Positions 47,109-56,986 of a stretch of 64,000 nucleotides of DNA are shown here, one piece after another. The stretch is from contig CANRNY010000002.1 of NCBI GenBank assembly GCA_947632085.1, forward strand, positions 14,151 through 78,150. The letters are read 5' to 3'. The stretch comes from an uncultured Bacilli bacterium (GTDB lineage Bacteria; Bacillota_I; Bacilli_A; RF39; UBA660). Position 1 is the first letter of the stretch. The number at the start of each line of letters is the position of its first letter. A program made the translations under genes and the position numbers. A model generated the notes under the pieces. That model was given only the letters and a program-made list of their open reading frames with translations. It was not told where the DNA came from and ran no database searches.

Positions 47109-48725
47109 ATGGAAGAGGAAAAAGTTGAAAAAAAGACGGAGACTATAAAGGAAGAAAAGAAAAGTAAAAAAGGTTTAAAGATTACTTTAACTGTTATAAG
47201 TTTAGTAGTAGTTGTAGGGTTAGTTGTTGGTTTAATAGTATTTAATAATCGTAATCCAAAGGATAAACTTGATGAAGAAAAAGAAACTATTACAGTTGAT
47301 TCTGACTATAAAATGTCAGGTAATAATGTTCAAGAGTTTGATTTATTCTTTTTGAAATCAGAAAATGAAACAAAAAATAAAGTTTATAGTCCTTTATCAA
47401 TTAAATATGCTTTAGGAATGTTAAACGAAGGAACTGATGGAGAAACTAAAGCACAAATAAGTGCAGTTATAGGGGATTATGTTGGGAAGAAATATGTTAA
47501 TAGTAAAAATATGTCTTTAGCTAATGCTTTATATATTAACGAAAGTATGCAAAATAATATTAAGACAGAATACATTAATACTTTAAAAGATAAATATAAT
47601 GCTTCAGTATTTTATGATCCATTTAAAAATCCTAATAATATTAATAAATGGGTTAGTGATAATACATATAATTTAATTCCTGATCTATTAGATGATGTTA
47701 TGGATAAAGATTTTATTTTAATAAATACTTTAGCAATAGATATGGAATGGGTTAATAAAATTCAAAGTGAAAATGAATTCTTCTCAGTAGATTATCCACA
47801 TGAAGAATACTATGTTGGAGTTGATCCTTTGAATTCTGAAGGATATTCAGAATTAAAATTTGATAATTTAAATTATAGTGTTAAATCGGTAAAAATAGCA
47901 GCTTCAGCTAATAGATATGATATAGTATCAGATTTAACAGAAAGTAGTATTAGAAATACTGTAACTAGTGAATATAATAAATTTGTTAAAAATGAGGAAT
48001 GTGGTACTCCTGGAGTAGAATATAATTATGAACCAACTAAAAGTTATGTTGATAAATATATGAAAGAAATAAATTCTAGTTATGGAAAAGTTGAAAGTTC
48101 AACAGATTTCTATTTCTATGTTGATAATGATGTTAAAGTGTTTGCTAAAGATTTAAAAGAATATGATGGTACAACCTTACAATATGTAGGTATAATGCCT
48201 ACTAGTACATCATTAGATAGTTATATAAATAATGTAAGTGCTAAACAAGTTGAAGAACTTATAGGTAAATTAAAAGATCCTAAGAAGATAGAAAGTTATA
48301 CGGATGGTAAGATAACTAAATTAACAGGTCAAATTCCAGTATTTAATTTTGATTATGAATTAAACTTAATTAATGATTTAAAAAAATTAGGTATTACTAA
48401 TGTCTTTGATGGTAGTAAAGCTGATTTATCTAAGTTAACAAGTAATAAAGGAACTTATATTGATACTGCTTTACATAAAGCTAATATAGAATTCTCTAAT
48501 ACAGGTATTAGAGCAACTGCTGCAACAGCTGTTGGTGGTTATGGAGCAGCTGATTGTGGTTTTGATTACTTATATAAAGTACCAGTTGAAGAAATTAATT
48601 TAACTTTTGATAAACCATTTATGTTCTTAATAAGAGATAAAGCAACAGGTGAAATATGGTTTACGGGTACAGTTTATGAACCTACAAAGATAACTGATTT
48701 AGATTTAAATGGACCTGAATATTAA
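47109..48725 (+). CDS. Membrane-anchored serpin (serine protease inhibitor family)
   Basis: TM 'LKITLTVISLVVVVGLVVGLIVF'. Serpin N-terminal block 'YSPLSIKYALGMLNEGTDGETKAQI', hinge-like 'SNTGIRATAATAVGG', C-terminal 'FDKPFMFLIRDKATGEIWFTGTVYEP'. AGAGGTG RBS supports ATG 47109. Confidence 0.8.
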   Translation: MEEEKVEKKTETIKEEKKSKKGLKITLTVISLVVVVGLVVGLIVFNNRNPKDKLDEEKETITVDSDYKMSGNNVQEFDLFFLKSENETKNKVYSPLSIKYALGMLNEGTDGETKAQISAVIGDYVGKKYVNSKNMSLANALYINESMQNNIKTEYINTLKDKYNASVFYDPFKNPNNINKWVSDNTYNLIPDLLDDVMDKDFILINTLAIDMEWVNKIQSENEFFSVDYPHEEYYVGVDPLNSEGYSELKFDNLNYSVKSVKIAASANRYDIVSDLTESSIRNTVTSEYNKFVKNEECGTPGVEYNYEPTKSYVDKYMKEINSSYGKVESSTDFYFYVDNDVKVFAKDLKEYDGTTLQYVGIMPTSTSLDSYINNVSAKQVEELIGKLKDPKKIESYTDGKITKLTGQIPVFNFDYELNLINDLKKLGITNVFDGSKADLSKLTSNKGTYIDTALHKANIEFSNTGIRATAATAVGGYGAADCGFDYLYKVPVEEINLTFDKPFMFLIRDKATGEIWFTGTVYEPTKITDLDLNGPEY

Positions 48726-48735
48726 GCAAAATAAT

Positions 48736-48764
48736 TTGACAAATTAAATTATTGGTAGTAGTAT
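48736..48764 (+). promoter_or_regulatory. Candidate promoter of the thrS leader
   Basis: TTGACA (48736-48741), 17-nt spacer, TAGTAT (48759-48764). Confidence 0.45.
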
Positions 48765-48770
48765 TTAGTT

Positions 48771-48967
48771 AATTCAATGAGGAAGAACACGATTATTAAG
48801 AAACTTCTTTATAGAGAGTTCATGGTTGGTGGAAATGAATAAAAAGACTTAATAGTTACTATCTTCTGAGAGGTTTAATAAAACCCGGTTAAGGCCGTTA
48901 TCGATAATTAAGTTAAATAAAGGATGGTACCGCATTATTTGCTCCTTGCAAATAATGTGGTTTTTTT
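48771..48967 (+). promoter_or_regulatory. T-box leader (threonine specifier ACU) with terminator/antiterminator
   Basis: Stem I elements ('AGAGAG...GGTTGGTGGAA', GA motif 'TGAGGAAGA/TCTTCTGAGAG'). ACT at 48858-48860 is followed by A at the 3' end of the specifier loop. T-box 'AAGGATGGTACCGC' at 48920-48933. Terminator CCGCATTATTTGC/GCAAATAATGTGG plus T7. Confidence 0.85.
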
Positions 48968-48993
48968 ATTTAAGAAGAAAGGAATGAAGGAAT

Positions 48994-50757
48994 ATGGTAA
49001 ATTTTAAAGAAGATGAAAAGTTAAATGTTTTAAATCATAGTTGTGCGCATTTACTTGCTCAAGCAGTAAAACATTTATACCCTCATGCTAAATTTTGGGT
49101 TGGTCCTGTTGTAGAAGAAGGATTTTATTATGATATTGATTTAGGGGACGATAAGATTACCGATGAAGATTTAGAAAAAATTGAAAAAGAAATGAAAAAA
49201 TGTTCTAAGTCAGCTAAAAATATTATCAGAAGAGAAATTTCTAAAGAAGAAGCTTTAGAGATGTTTAAAGATGATGAGTATAAGATTGATTTAATTGAAA
49301 GAATGGAAGACGGAACAACTATTTCTTGCTATACACAAGGTGATTTTACTGATCTTTGTCGTGGACCACATATGTCTAATACTAAAGAAATTAAATACTT
49401 TAAGTTAACTAAATTTAGTGGAGCTTACTACAAGGGAGACGCTAATAATAAAATGCTTCAAAGAATATATGGGGTATGTTTTCCAACAGAAGAAGAGTTA
49501 AATGAACATTTAAAATATTTAGAAGAAATGAAGTTACGTGATCATCGTAAGATAGGTAAAGACTTAGAGATATTTATGGTAAGTGATTTAGTTGGTAAAG
49601 GTTTACCAATGTATTTACCTAATGGATATATTGTATGGGAATTATTAGAAAATTATATTAAAGGTAAAGAAAGAGAATTAGGTTATTTACATGTTTTAAC
49701 ACCACCAATAGGTAATGTTGAACTTTATAAAACTTCTGGACACTGGGATCACTATAAAGATAATATGTTTCCTAAGATGGAAGTTGAAGGTGAAGAATTT
49801 GTTCTAAGACCAATGAATTGCCCTCATCATATGATGATTTATAGTAATAATGTTCATTCATATCGTGATTTACCAATTAGAATTGGGGAGATTGCGCGTG
49901 ATGCAAGATTTGAAACTAGTGGTTCATTAAAAGGTATTGAAAGAGTTAGAACTTTCTGTCAAAATGATGCCCATTTATTTGTAACTCCAGAACAAATCGA
50001 ATCTGAATTCTCTTGTGTTGTTAACTTAATCTTAGATGTATATAAAGAATTAGGAATTAAAGATTTTAGATTCGAATTATCTTTAAGAGACCCTGAAGAT
50101 AAAGTTAAATACTATCCAGATGATGAGATGTGGAATAATGCAGAAACTACTTTACGTAACGTTTTAAATGATTTGGGTTATGACTATGTTGAAAAGATTG
50201 GTGAAGCAGCTTTCTATGGACCTAAATTAGATGTTCAAGTTAAACCAGCTGTGGGACCTGAATATACTTTATCTACTTGTCAATTAGATTTCTGTCTACC
50301 TATGCGTTTTGATTTAGGATATATAGATAGTGATGGCAGTAAGAAAACACCAGTTGTACTTCATAGAGCAATATTTGGTAGTATAGATAGATTTATTGCT
50401 TATTATTTAGAGGAAACTAAAGGCTATTTACCAGTATGGCTTGCACCTGTCCAAGTACAAGTAGTACCAGTTAATATTCAATATCATGAAGCTTATAGTA
50501 AGGAAGTTTATGAAGCTTTAAAAGGAGCTGGATTTAGAGTAGAATTAGATGCTCGTAATGAAAAACTTGGTTATAAATTAAGAGAATCAGTAATTAGAAA
50601 GATACCTTATATGTTAATATTAGGTCAAAAAGAAGTTGATAGTAAAACAGTATCTTATCGAAGAGCTGGTAGTGAAGAAACAGTTACTGTTTCATTAGAT
50701 GAATTTATTAAATTAATTAATGAAGATATAACTTCTAAAAAGAGATATGATAAATAG
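48994..50757 (+). CDS. thrS: Threonine--tRNA ligase (short form lacking the N-terminal TGS domain)
   Basis: Starts within the editing domain ('NHSCAHLLAQAVKHLYP...GPVVEEGFYYD'). Class II core 'FVLRPMNCPHH', 'RVRTFCQNDAHLF', anticodon-binding C-terminus. 587 aa. Confidence 0.95.
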   Translation: MVNFKEDEKLNVLNHSCAHLLAQAVKHLYPHAKFWVGPVVEEGFYYDIDLGDDKITDEDLEKIEKEMKKCSKSAKNIIRREISKEEALEMFKDDEYKIDLIERMEDGTTISCYTQGDFTDLCRGPHMSNTKEIKYFKLTKFSGAYYKGDANNKMLQRIYGVCFPTEEELNEHLKYLEEMKLRDHRKIGKDLEIFMVSDLVGKGLPMYLPNGYIVWELLENYIKGKERELGYLHVLTPPIGNVELYKTSGHWDHYKDNMFPKMEVEGEEFVLRPMNCPHHMMIYSNNVHSYRDLPIRIGEIARDARFETSGSLKGIERVRTFCQNDAHLFVTPEQIESEFSCVVNLILDVYKELGIKDFRFELSLRDPEDKVKYYPDDEMWNNAETTLRNVLNDLGYDYVEKIGEAAFYGPKLDVQVKPAVGPEYTLSTCQLDFCLPMRFDLGYIDSDGSKKTPVVLHRAIFGSIDRFIAYYLEETKGYLPVWLAPVQVQVVPVNIQYHEAYSKEVYEALKGAGFRVELDARNEKLGYKLRESVIRKIPYMLILGQKEVDSKTVSYRRAGSEETVTVSLDEFIKLINEDITSKKRYDK

Positions 50758-50780
50758 ACAAGAGATTGTCTATTTATTTT
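50753..50780 (+). terminator. thrS terminator
   Basis: AATAGACAA / TTGTCTATT perfect stem, loop GAGA, then TATTTT. Confidence 0.7.
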
Positions 50781-50846
50781 GGGATTAATTGACACTATAA
50801 TTTATTTTTTGTATATTTTTATTGATAGAATATGGTGATAGTTATT

Positions 50847-52061
50847 ATGAATGATGAAGAAATTTATTATATAAGTAACTTAGAAGAACTAGATAATTTT
50901 TTACAAGGTAAATATAGTGGTAAAACGGAAGAAAAAATACCATTATTCTTTATTAAAAGTAATAATGGATATTTTTTGTATGATGAGTCGGTACCATATT
51001 TTAAAAAAGCGCCAGAAATATCAAGTGTTAGTTTTTTAGCTAATGTTAAATTATTAATGGCAATTCATAATAGATATATACCTATATTTAGTAAAGAAAC
51101 TAAAAATTTATTATTTACGGAAGATGAGTTTTGGGCGCTTAGAAAAAAGATGAGTGGCTTAAAGAAGTATAATTGTGGAGACTTTATATTTGCTGATGAT
51201 TTATCTTTTCCGGGAATAGATGAATTAATGGTGGAAATAGAACAAAATAATAAAAAAGTAGATAGTTTAAAGACGGTTGTCGAAGACGATATTAGAAGTT
51301 TATTTAAACAGATTGGAATAGATTTAAGTTTTGATCATCATGAGGGGATTGTAAAATTACTTGATACTGGTTCAACATCACGTGGAACTAGTGTTCCATC
51401 ACCTAATGGAGAAGTTGGAGGAGATTTTGATTTTCTACTTAGAGCTCCAGGTGGAGATATAGAAAGAATTAAAGATTTTTTAATAAATAAATTAGGTAGA
51501 CAATGTCCAAATAAGTTAATAAGTCGTCATCGAATTAGATTGTTTGGTGTTCAATTAGAGGGGTTAGATAAACCAATAGATATAGATGTATCATTTGTAA
51601 GAAGTGATAAGGATTACTATGCGACAGAAGAAGCTTTAAGTGATCGTCTTGAACAAATAAAGAAGCAAGATGAAATGAAATATTTATTAGTTCAAGCGAA
51701 TATAGTAATGGCTAAGAAAGTTTTAAAAGAAGCAGGGGTTTATAAACCTAGTCGTAGTGATAAAAGTCAAGCGGGTCTTGGCGGAATTGGCATTGAAAAT
51801 TGGATTTTACAATATGGTGGTTCGTTTAAGGCAGCAGCACTTGATTTTTTAGTTCATGCTAAAGGTAAAGACTTTATTGAATTTGAAAAAGAATATAGTA
51901 TTTTTGATTTTGGAAATAATCATATTAGTATAGCTAGACATAGATTTCCTTATGATAATTTTGTCATAAAAAATATGCGACAAAATGGTTATTTTTTGAT
52001 GCAACAAGCTTTATTAAAATATATTAATTCGTTACCAAAAGAGGAAACATTAAAGTTTTAA
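50847..52061 (+). CDS. Pol-beta-superfamily nucleotidyltransferase with unassigned N-terminal domain
   Basis: 'LLDTGSTSRGTSVPSPNGEVGGDFDFLLRA' (G-S...D-x-D) and third acidic strand 'PIDIDVSFV'. Downstream 'GLGGIGIENWILQYGG' resembles the helix after the NTase core in class I CCA-adding/PAP-like enzymes. GGTGA RBS supports ATG 50847 (track start 50832). Confidence 0.6.
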   Translation: MNDEEIYYISNLEELDNFLQGKYSGKTEEKIPLFFIKSNNGYFLYDESVPYFKKAPEISSVSFLANVKLLMAIHNRYIPIFSKETKNLLFTEDEFWALRKKMSGLKKYNCGDFIFADDLSFPGIDELMVEIEQNNKKVDSLKTVVEDDIRSLFKQIGIDLSFDHHEGIVKLLDTGSTSRGTSVPSPNGEVGGDFDFLLRAPGGDIERIKDFLINKLGRQCPNKLISRHRIRLFGVQLEGLDKPIDIDVSFVRSDKDYYATEEALSDRLEQIKKQDEMKYLLVQANIVMAKKVLKEAGVYKPSRSDKSQAGLGGIGIENWILQYGGSFKAAALDFLVHAKGKDFIEFEKEYSIFDFGNNHISIARHRFPYDNFVIKNMRQNGYFLMQQALLKYINSLPKEETLKF

Positions 52062-52069
52062 AATAGTAG

Positions 52070-52098
52070 AGGAATTCTAAAATAAAAGAATTCCTTTT
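52070..52098 (+). terminator. Rho-independent terminator
   Basis: AGGAATTCT / AGAATTCCT perfect 9-bp stem, 8-nt loop, T-run. Confidence 0.7.
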
Positions 52099-52157
52099 AT
52101 ATTGTAATTCTCTATTATTTAAGTTATAATTACTAGAGAATAGGGAGTGTGGCAAGT

Positions 52158-55100
52158 ATGAAAATTATGTTGATGGATGCTACAAAATTAGTAAATTTAG
52201 TTCTTCCTAATGATGTTTTTGGTAACTATTGGATTGTTAATGCTAACAGAGAAAATTTAGTTAGTGTCCAAGCTTCCGAAGGTAATTGGGTGTTAAAAAG
52301 TAATAGTGATGTTAAAGTATTTAGAAATGGTACTGCTGTAGATGATACTTTACTTGAATATGAAAAATTTTATACTCTTAAAAATGTTTTATTAGGAGAT
52401 AGTTATGTTATTTATACTTGTCCAGTTTATGATGAAAATGCTTTACAATTAAATATTTCGATAAATGGTTTAAATGGTAATAATACGTGGTATATAGGTA
52501 ATAATGGAGCACAAAATGGAGATGGTAGTTCTAGTTATCCTAATATTATTTCATATGAACAACCTGGAGTAGCAAAAAATCAATTAAAATTAGATTATAA
52601 TAATGGTATTTATTCAGTTACAAATATAAATCCACAAATACCAATGTATATTAATGGAGCTCCAGCTGTAAATGCAGATTTAAGATATGGAGATACAATA
52701 TTTATTTTAGGATTAAAATTATCAATTATTAAAGATATATTCTATATTAATAATCCAAATAAATTAGTTAAATTCGATTCACAAATGTTTAATATGAGAA
52801 TGACTCAGGAACTTGATTTTTCAAAGATTCCAACAGAACCTGATCCAGTTATTGAGATGTATAAAAAAGAAGATTATTTCTTAAAACCACCAAGATTTGA
52901 TGAGAGAATCGAAGAGAAAACTTTAGTTATTGATCCACCACCAGCTGCCCAAAAGCAAGAAGAAATGCCAGCTATTTTAACGATGGGTTCAATGATGATG
53001 ATGGGTATGAGTTCAATGATGACAGGAGTTATGACTTTAACGAATGTTATTAATGGAACAACACAGTTATCAGCAGCTTTACCATCATTACTAACGGCAG
53101 CAGCAATGCTTTCATGTATGCTTATCTTACCAGCTGTTAGTAAAATGTATAATAAACATAAAAAAGTAGTATATGAAAGAAAAAGACAAGCAACGTATAG
53201 TAATTATGTTAATAAGAAAAGAGAAGAATTTTTAATTGAAATAAAAAGAGAACAACAACTTTTAATTGAAAAATATATTCCATTAAAAGATGTTGGTGAT
53301 ATTATCTTGTATAAAAAGAGAAATTTATGGGAAAAGAATGCTGATGATTATGACTTTTTATCTTTAAGATTAGGTATTGGTTCAATTCCACCATTCTTTA
53401 AAGTTAATTATCCTGACGAACATTTCTCAATGGAAGATGAAGATAATTTAATGGGCTATTTAAGAGAGTTAGAAAAAGAAACTAATTTACTTGAAAATGT
53501 TCCAGTTACTTATTCATTTGTAGAAAAATATATAACAGCTGTTATTGGACAGAAAAATGTTACTAATCCATTTTTAAGAGGACTTTTATTACAAATAATT
53601 GCTTATCATGGTTATGATTCATTAAAAGTATGTGTATTTACAAATAAAGAGAATGAAAAGTTCTGGGAAGATATTAAAGATTGTCCATATTTTTGGGATG
53701 ATAATAGAACATTAAGATTTTTCGGAACGAATACTGATGAAATAAATCAAATAAGTTCTTATTTTGAAGAATTACTTAATAGTATAAAAGAAGCTAATGA
53801 AGAAAAAGATGCAGTAGGTGGTCAAAAAGGAACAGCTAAATTATCAACTAGATATTTAATTATTACGGATGATATTGATTTAGTTAGAAATGTAAGTGTT
53901 ATTCGTTCTTTAATTGAGTCAGTTGAATATGTTGGTATTAGTTTGTTAATATTTACAGAAAAATTAAATTCTTTACCTAATGAAGTTGAACACTTTATAA
54001 GTGTTGATGAACGTACTGGTGGCGTATTTGAAAGAGTATTATCAGATAGCCGTAGAATTAATTTTGTACCAGATTTTATGTATGGTTCACTTGAAAAATA
54101 TACTTATGTTTTATCTAATATTCCAATTGCTTTAAATGGTGGTAAATTCCAGTTACCTTCTTCATATTCTTTCTTAGAAATGTATAATGTATCTAATGTT
54201 AATCAATTAAATGCTTTAGCAAGGTGGAAAGAAAGTGATCCAATTAATTCATTAGCTGTACCAATTGGTGTTAATGAGTATGGTGAATTATTTAAGTTAG
54301 ATTTACATGAAAAAGCGCATGGACCACATGGCTTGATTGCTGGTATGACTGGTTCAGGTAAATCAGAATTTATTATTACATTTATCTTAAGTACAGCAAT
54401 TAATTTCCATCCATATGAAGTACAGTTTGTTTTAATCGATTATAAAGGTGGAGGTTTAGCTGGAGCTTTCGAAAATAGAGAGACAGGTTTAAGATTACCA
54501 CATCTAGCTGGAACAATTACCAACTTAGATGTTAGTGAAATAAATCGTAGTTTAGCATCATTACAAAGTGAACTTAAAAGACGTCAAGCAGTATTTAATA
54601 AAGCAAGAGATAAAGTTGGTGAATCAACTATTGATATTTATAAGTATCAAAGATTATATCGTAATGGACAAGTTGATGAACCTGTATCACATTTGTTTAT
54701 TATTTCTGATGAGTTTGCAGAGTTAAAAGCGCAACAACCAGATTTTATGAACGAACTTATTTCAACAGCTCGTATTGGACGTTCATTAGGTGTTCACTTA
54801 ATTTTGGCTACACAAAAGCCTAGTGGTGTTGTTAATGACCAAATTTGGTCAAATGCGAAGTTTAAAGTTTGTTTAAAAGTTCAAGATAGATCAGATAGTC
54901 AAGAAATGATTAAAAGACCTGATGCTGCTTCTTTAAAAGAAACTGGTCGTTTCTTCTTACAAGTTGGTTATGATGAATATTTTGCTTTAGGTCAATCAGC
55001 TTGGACTGGAGCTCCTTATTATGAATCTGATGTAAGAAAGAAAAAGATTGATAATTCAATTACCTTTGTTGATAACTTAGGAATGCCTATTAAAGTTGTT

Positions 55101-56825
55101 GAAGATGGCCGTAATAGTTTCTCTGGAGTATTAAAAGGTGAAGAATTACCAAATATTATGAAATACTTAGTAGATGTTTCAAAAAAAGAAAATATTAAAG
55201 TTAAACAATTATGGCTTAATGCTTTAGCACCAGTTATTTATATTGATGCTTTAAAAGAAAAATATAGCTATAAGAAAATTGCTTGTGATATTAATCCAGT
55301 AATTGGTGAATATGATGCGCCTAACTTACAAAAACAAGGTTTACTTACTATGCCAATTACTACGCAAGGTAACTGGATAGTTTATGGTATGGCTGATAGT
55401 GGTAAAGAAGAAATGATTAATTCATTAGTTTATTCTTGTATTACGACTTATTCACCAGCTGAAATAAATTTATATTTACTTGATTTTGGAGCAGAAACTT
55501 TAAAAGTTTATCGTAAAGCACCACAAGTTGGTGATGTAATATTACAAAACGATGTTGATAAAGTTATTAATTTATGGAAAGTAATTAGTGATACGGTTGC
55601 TAAGAGAAAGAAATTATTCGCTGATTTTGGTGGTGATTATATTTCTTATTCTAAAGCTACTGGTAAGGTTATTCCAAATATAGTAATTATTATTAATGGT
55701 TTTGAATTATATAATGAAAATTTTGGGGATGATACATTTGATTTATTAGCAACATTAACTCGTGATTGTCAAAAGTATGGTGTTTACTTTATTATGACAT
55801 CAACTACTTCTAATGGTATTAGAACTAGACTTTCACAATACTTACCAAATCATTTAGTATTCCAAATGAATGATAAGTATGATTATTCTTCATTACTTGC
55901 AAGAACAAAAATTGAACCAGCTAATGTAAGTGGTCGTGGTTTAGTAAAACTAGATTCAGTATTTGAATTCCAAGCTGCTGTACCAACAGAAAAAGAAAAT
56001 TTAAATACTTTTGTTTTAGATAAGATTAATGAATTATGTAAATTATATCCTGATAGTGCACCAAAGGTTCCAGTACTTCCAGATGTAGTAACTGTCGCTT
56101 ATTGTTCTGATCAAAGAAAAGGTGTTAATTCTATTCCAGTTGGGATTGAAAAAGAATCATTACAAGTTAGAACTTTCGATTTAACAAGAAGTACAGTTAA
56201 TATCATAACAGGTATGGAATTTAATGAAATTAAAAACTTTGGGGAACTATTTATTAGAGAAGTTGCTAGTTGTATTGGTAAAAATTGTTATGTATATGAC
56301 TTAGAAAAAGCTTATAAAGATTTAGAGAATTATACAACTTATTATGACAATACAATTTTAGATAACTTTAAAACTTTTGGTAAACAAGTCTTTGATATGT
56401 ATACAAAATATAAAGATTCAGGATTTGATGTCGAATCATTAAAAGAATACGGAGAATATATTTGTTTTATCGTTGGAATTGATAAATTTAAAAATATGTT
56501 AGCGACTGAATTTGATGGGGCTTATAGTGGATTAGTTTCAATGATAAAAGGAATGCCTAAAGTTAGATTCGTAATAATTGATTCAAGTGATAATATTAAG
56601 AAACGTGAGTTTGAACCATGGTACAAAGATACAGTATCAGGTACAAGAGGCGTTTGGGTAGGCAATGGTATGGGTACACAATATACGATTAAATCGACAT
56701 TATCTTCTAGAGTATTATCTGCTAAATTGGAAAAGAATTTTGGTTATTACGTAGATGGAAATACAACTGTTTTAGTTAAGCTTATTTCTGAAATGGGAGA
56801 TGAAGAAGTTTACGAGACTTTATAA
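52158..56825 (+). CDS. essC: Type VII secretion system ATPase EssC/YukB (FtsK/SpoIIIE family)
   Basis: FHA-like N-terminus and two hydrophobic segments. D1 core 'LHEKAHGPHGLIAGMTGSGKSEF...LIDYKGGG...FIISDEFAELK...RIGRSLGVHLILATQKPSGV' closely matches S. aureus EssC from memory. Two further, degenerate P-loop domains ('YGMADSGKEEM'). ATG 52158 is better spaced from GGGAG than track GTG 52149. Confidence 0.95.
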   Translation: MKIMLMDATKLVNLVLPNDVFGNYWIVNANRENLVSVQASEGNWVLKSNSDVKVFRNGTAVDDTLLEYEKFYTLKNVLLGDSYVIYTCPVYDENALQLNISINGLNGNNTWYIGNNGAQNGDGSSSYPNIISYEQPGVAKNQLKLDYNNGIYSVTNINPQIPMYINGAPAVNADLRYGDTIFILGLKLSIIKDIFYINNPNKLVKFDSQMFNMRMTQELDFSKIPTEPDPVIEMYKKEDYFLKPPRFDERIEEKTLVIDPPPAAQKQEEMPAILTMGSMMMMGMSSMMTGVMTLTNVINGTTQLSAALPSLLTAAAMLSCMLILPAVSKMYNKHKKVVYERKRQATYSNYVNKKREEFLIEIKREQQLLIEKYIPLKDVGDIILYKKRNLWEKNADDYDFLSLRLGIGSIPPFFKVNYPDEHFSMEDEDNLMGYLRELEKETNLLENVPVTYSFVEKYITAVIGQKNVTNPFLRGLLLQIIAYHGYDSLKVCVFTNKENEKFWEDIKDCPYFWDDNRTLRFFGTNTDEINQISSYFEELLNSIKEANEEKDAVGGQKGTAKLSTRYLIITDDIDLVRNVSVIRSLIESVEYVGISLLIFTEKLNSLPNEVEHFISVDERTGGVFERVLSDSRRINFVPDFMYGSLEKYTYVLSNIPIALNGGKFQLPSSYSFLEMYNVSNVNQLNALARWKESDPINSLAVPIGVNEYGELFKLDLHEKAHGPHGLIAGMTGSGKSEFIITFILSTAINFHPYEVQFVLIDYKGGGLAGAFENRETGLRLPHLAGTITNLDVSEINRSLASLQSELKRRQAVFNKARDKVGESTIDIYKYQRLYRNGQVDEPVSHLFIISDEFAELKAQQPDFMNELISTARIGRSLGVHLILATQKPSGVVNDQIWSNAKFKVCLKVQDRSDSQEMIKRPDAASLKETGRFFLQVGYDEYFALGQSAWTGAPYYESDVRKKKIDNSITFVDNLGMPIKVVEDGRNSFSGVLKGEELPNIMKYLVDVSKKENIKVKQLWLNALAPVIYIDALKEKYSYKKIACDINPVIGEYDAPNLQKQGLLTMPITTQGNWIVYGMADSGKEEMINSLVYSCITTYSPAEINLYLLDFGAETLKVYRKAPQVGDVILQNDVDKVINLWKVISDTVAKRKKLFADFGGDYISYSKATGKVIPNIVIIINGFELYNENFGDDTFDLLATLTRDCQKYGVYFIMTSTTSNGIRTRLSQYLPNHLVFQMNDKYDYSSLLARTKIEPANVSGRGLVKLDSVFEFQAAVPTEKENLNTFVLDKINELCKLYPDSAPKVPVLPDVVTVAYCSDQRKGVNSIPVGIEKESLQVRTFDLTRSTVNIITGMEFNEIKNFGELFIREVASCIGKNCYVYDLEKAYKDLENYTTYYDNTILDNFKTFGKQVFDMYTKYKDSGFDVESLKEYGEYICFIVGIDKFKNMLATEFDGAYSGLVSMIKGMPKVRFVIIDSSDNIKKREFEPWYKDTVSGTRGVWVGNGMGTQYTIKSTLSSRVLSAKLEKNFGYYVDGNTTVLVKLISEMGDEEVYETL

Positions 56826-56858
56826 GGGGTTAACGAGTGTTAACCTCTTGTTTATTCG

Positions 56859-56887
56859 TTGACTTTAAATTTTTTTAAGTGTATTAT
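56859..56887 (+). promoter_or_regulatory. Candidate promoter of the yukD-esx operon
   Basis: TTGACT (56859-56864), 17-nt spacer, TATTAT (56882-56887). Preceded by hairpin GGGGTTAAC/GTTAACCTC (56826-56848). Confidence 0.5.
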
Positions 56888-56986
56888 GAATATATAAGAG
56901 TATATAATCGATGGTTGTGGGGAATTGGTCAGAAATGGTAAGCTATCATATATTCTTAAGTCTACTGTTTAATAGGAGGTTTTATT

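Noticed and set aside
50847-52061. Reading the nucleotidyltransferase as a CBASS CD-NTase
   Set aside because: No effector, Cap2/Cap3 or other CBASS partner is adjacent, since the neighbours are thrS and essC. The post-core helix looks more like CCA/PAP-type enzymes. The family cannot be decided without a profile search.
52149-52157. GTG 52149 as the essC start (track), and similarly 173, 14877, 38400, 43723, 47076, 50832, 59039 and 62094 as starts of their genes
   Set aside because: In each case a downstream ATG has a better-spaced Shine-Dalgarno sequence, or the upstream codons lie within the RBS or leader. These remain predictions without N-terminal data.
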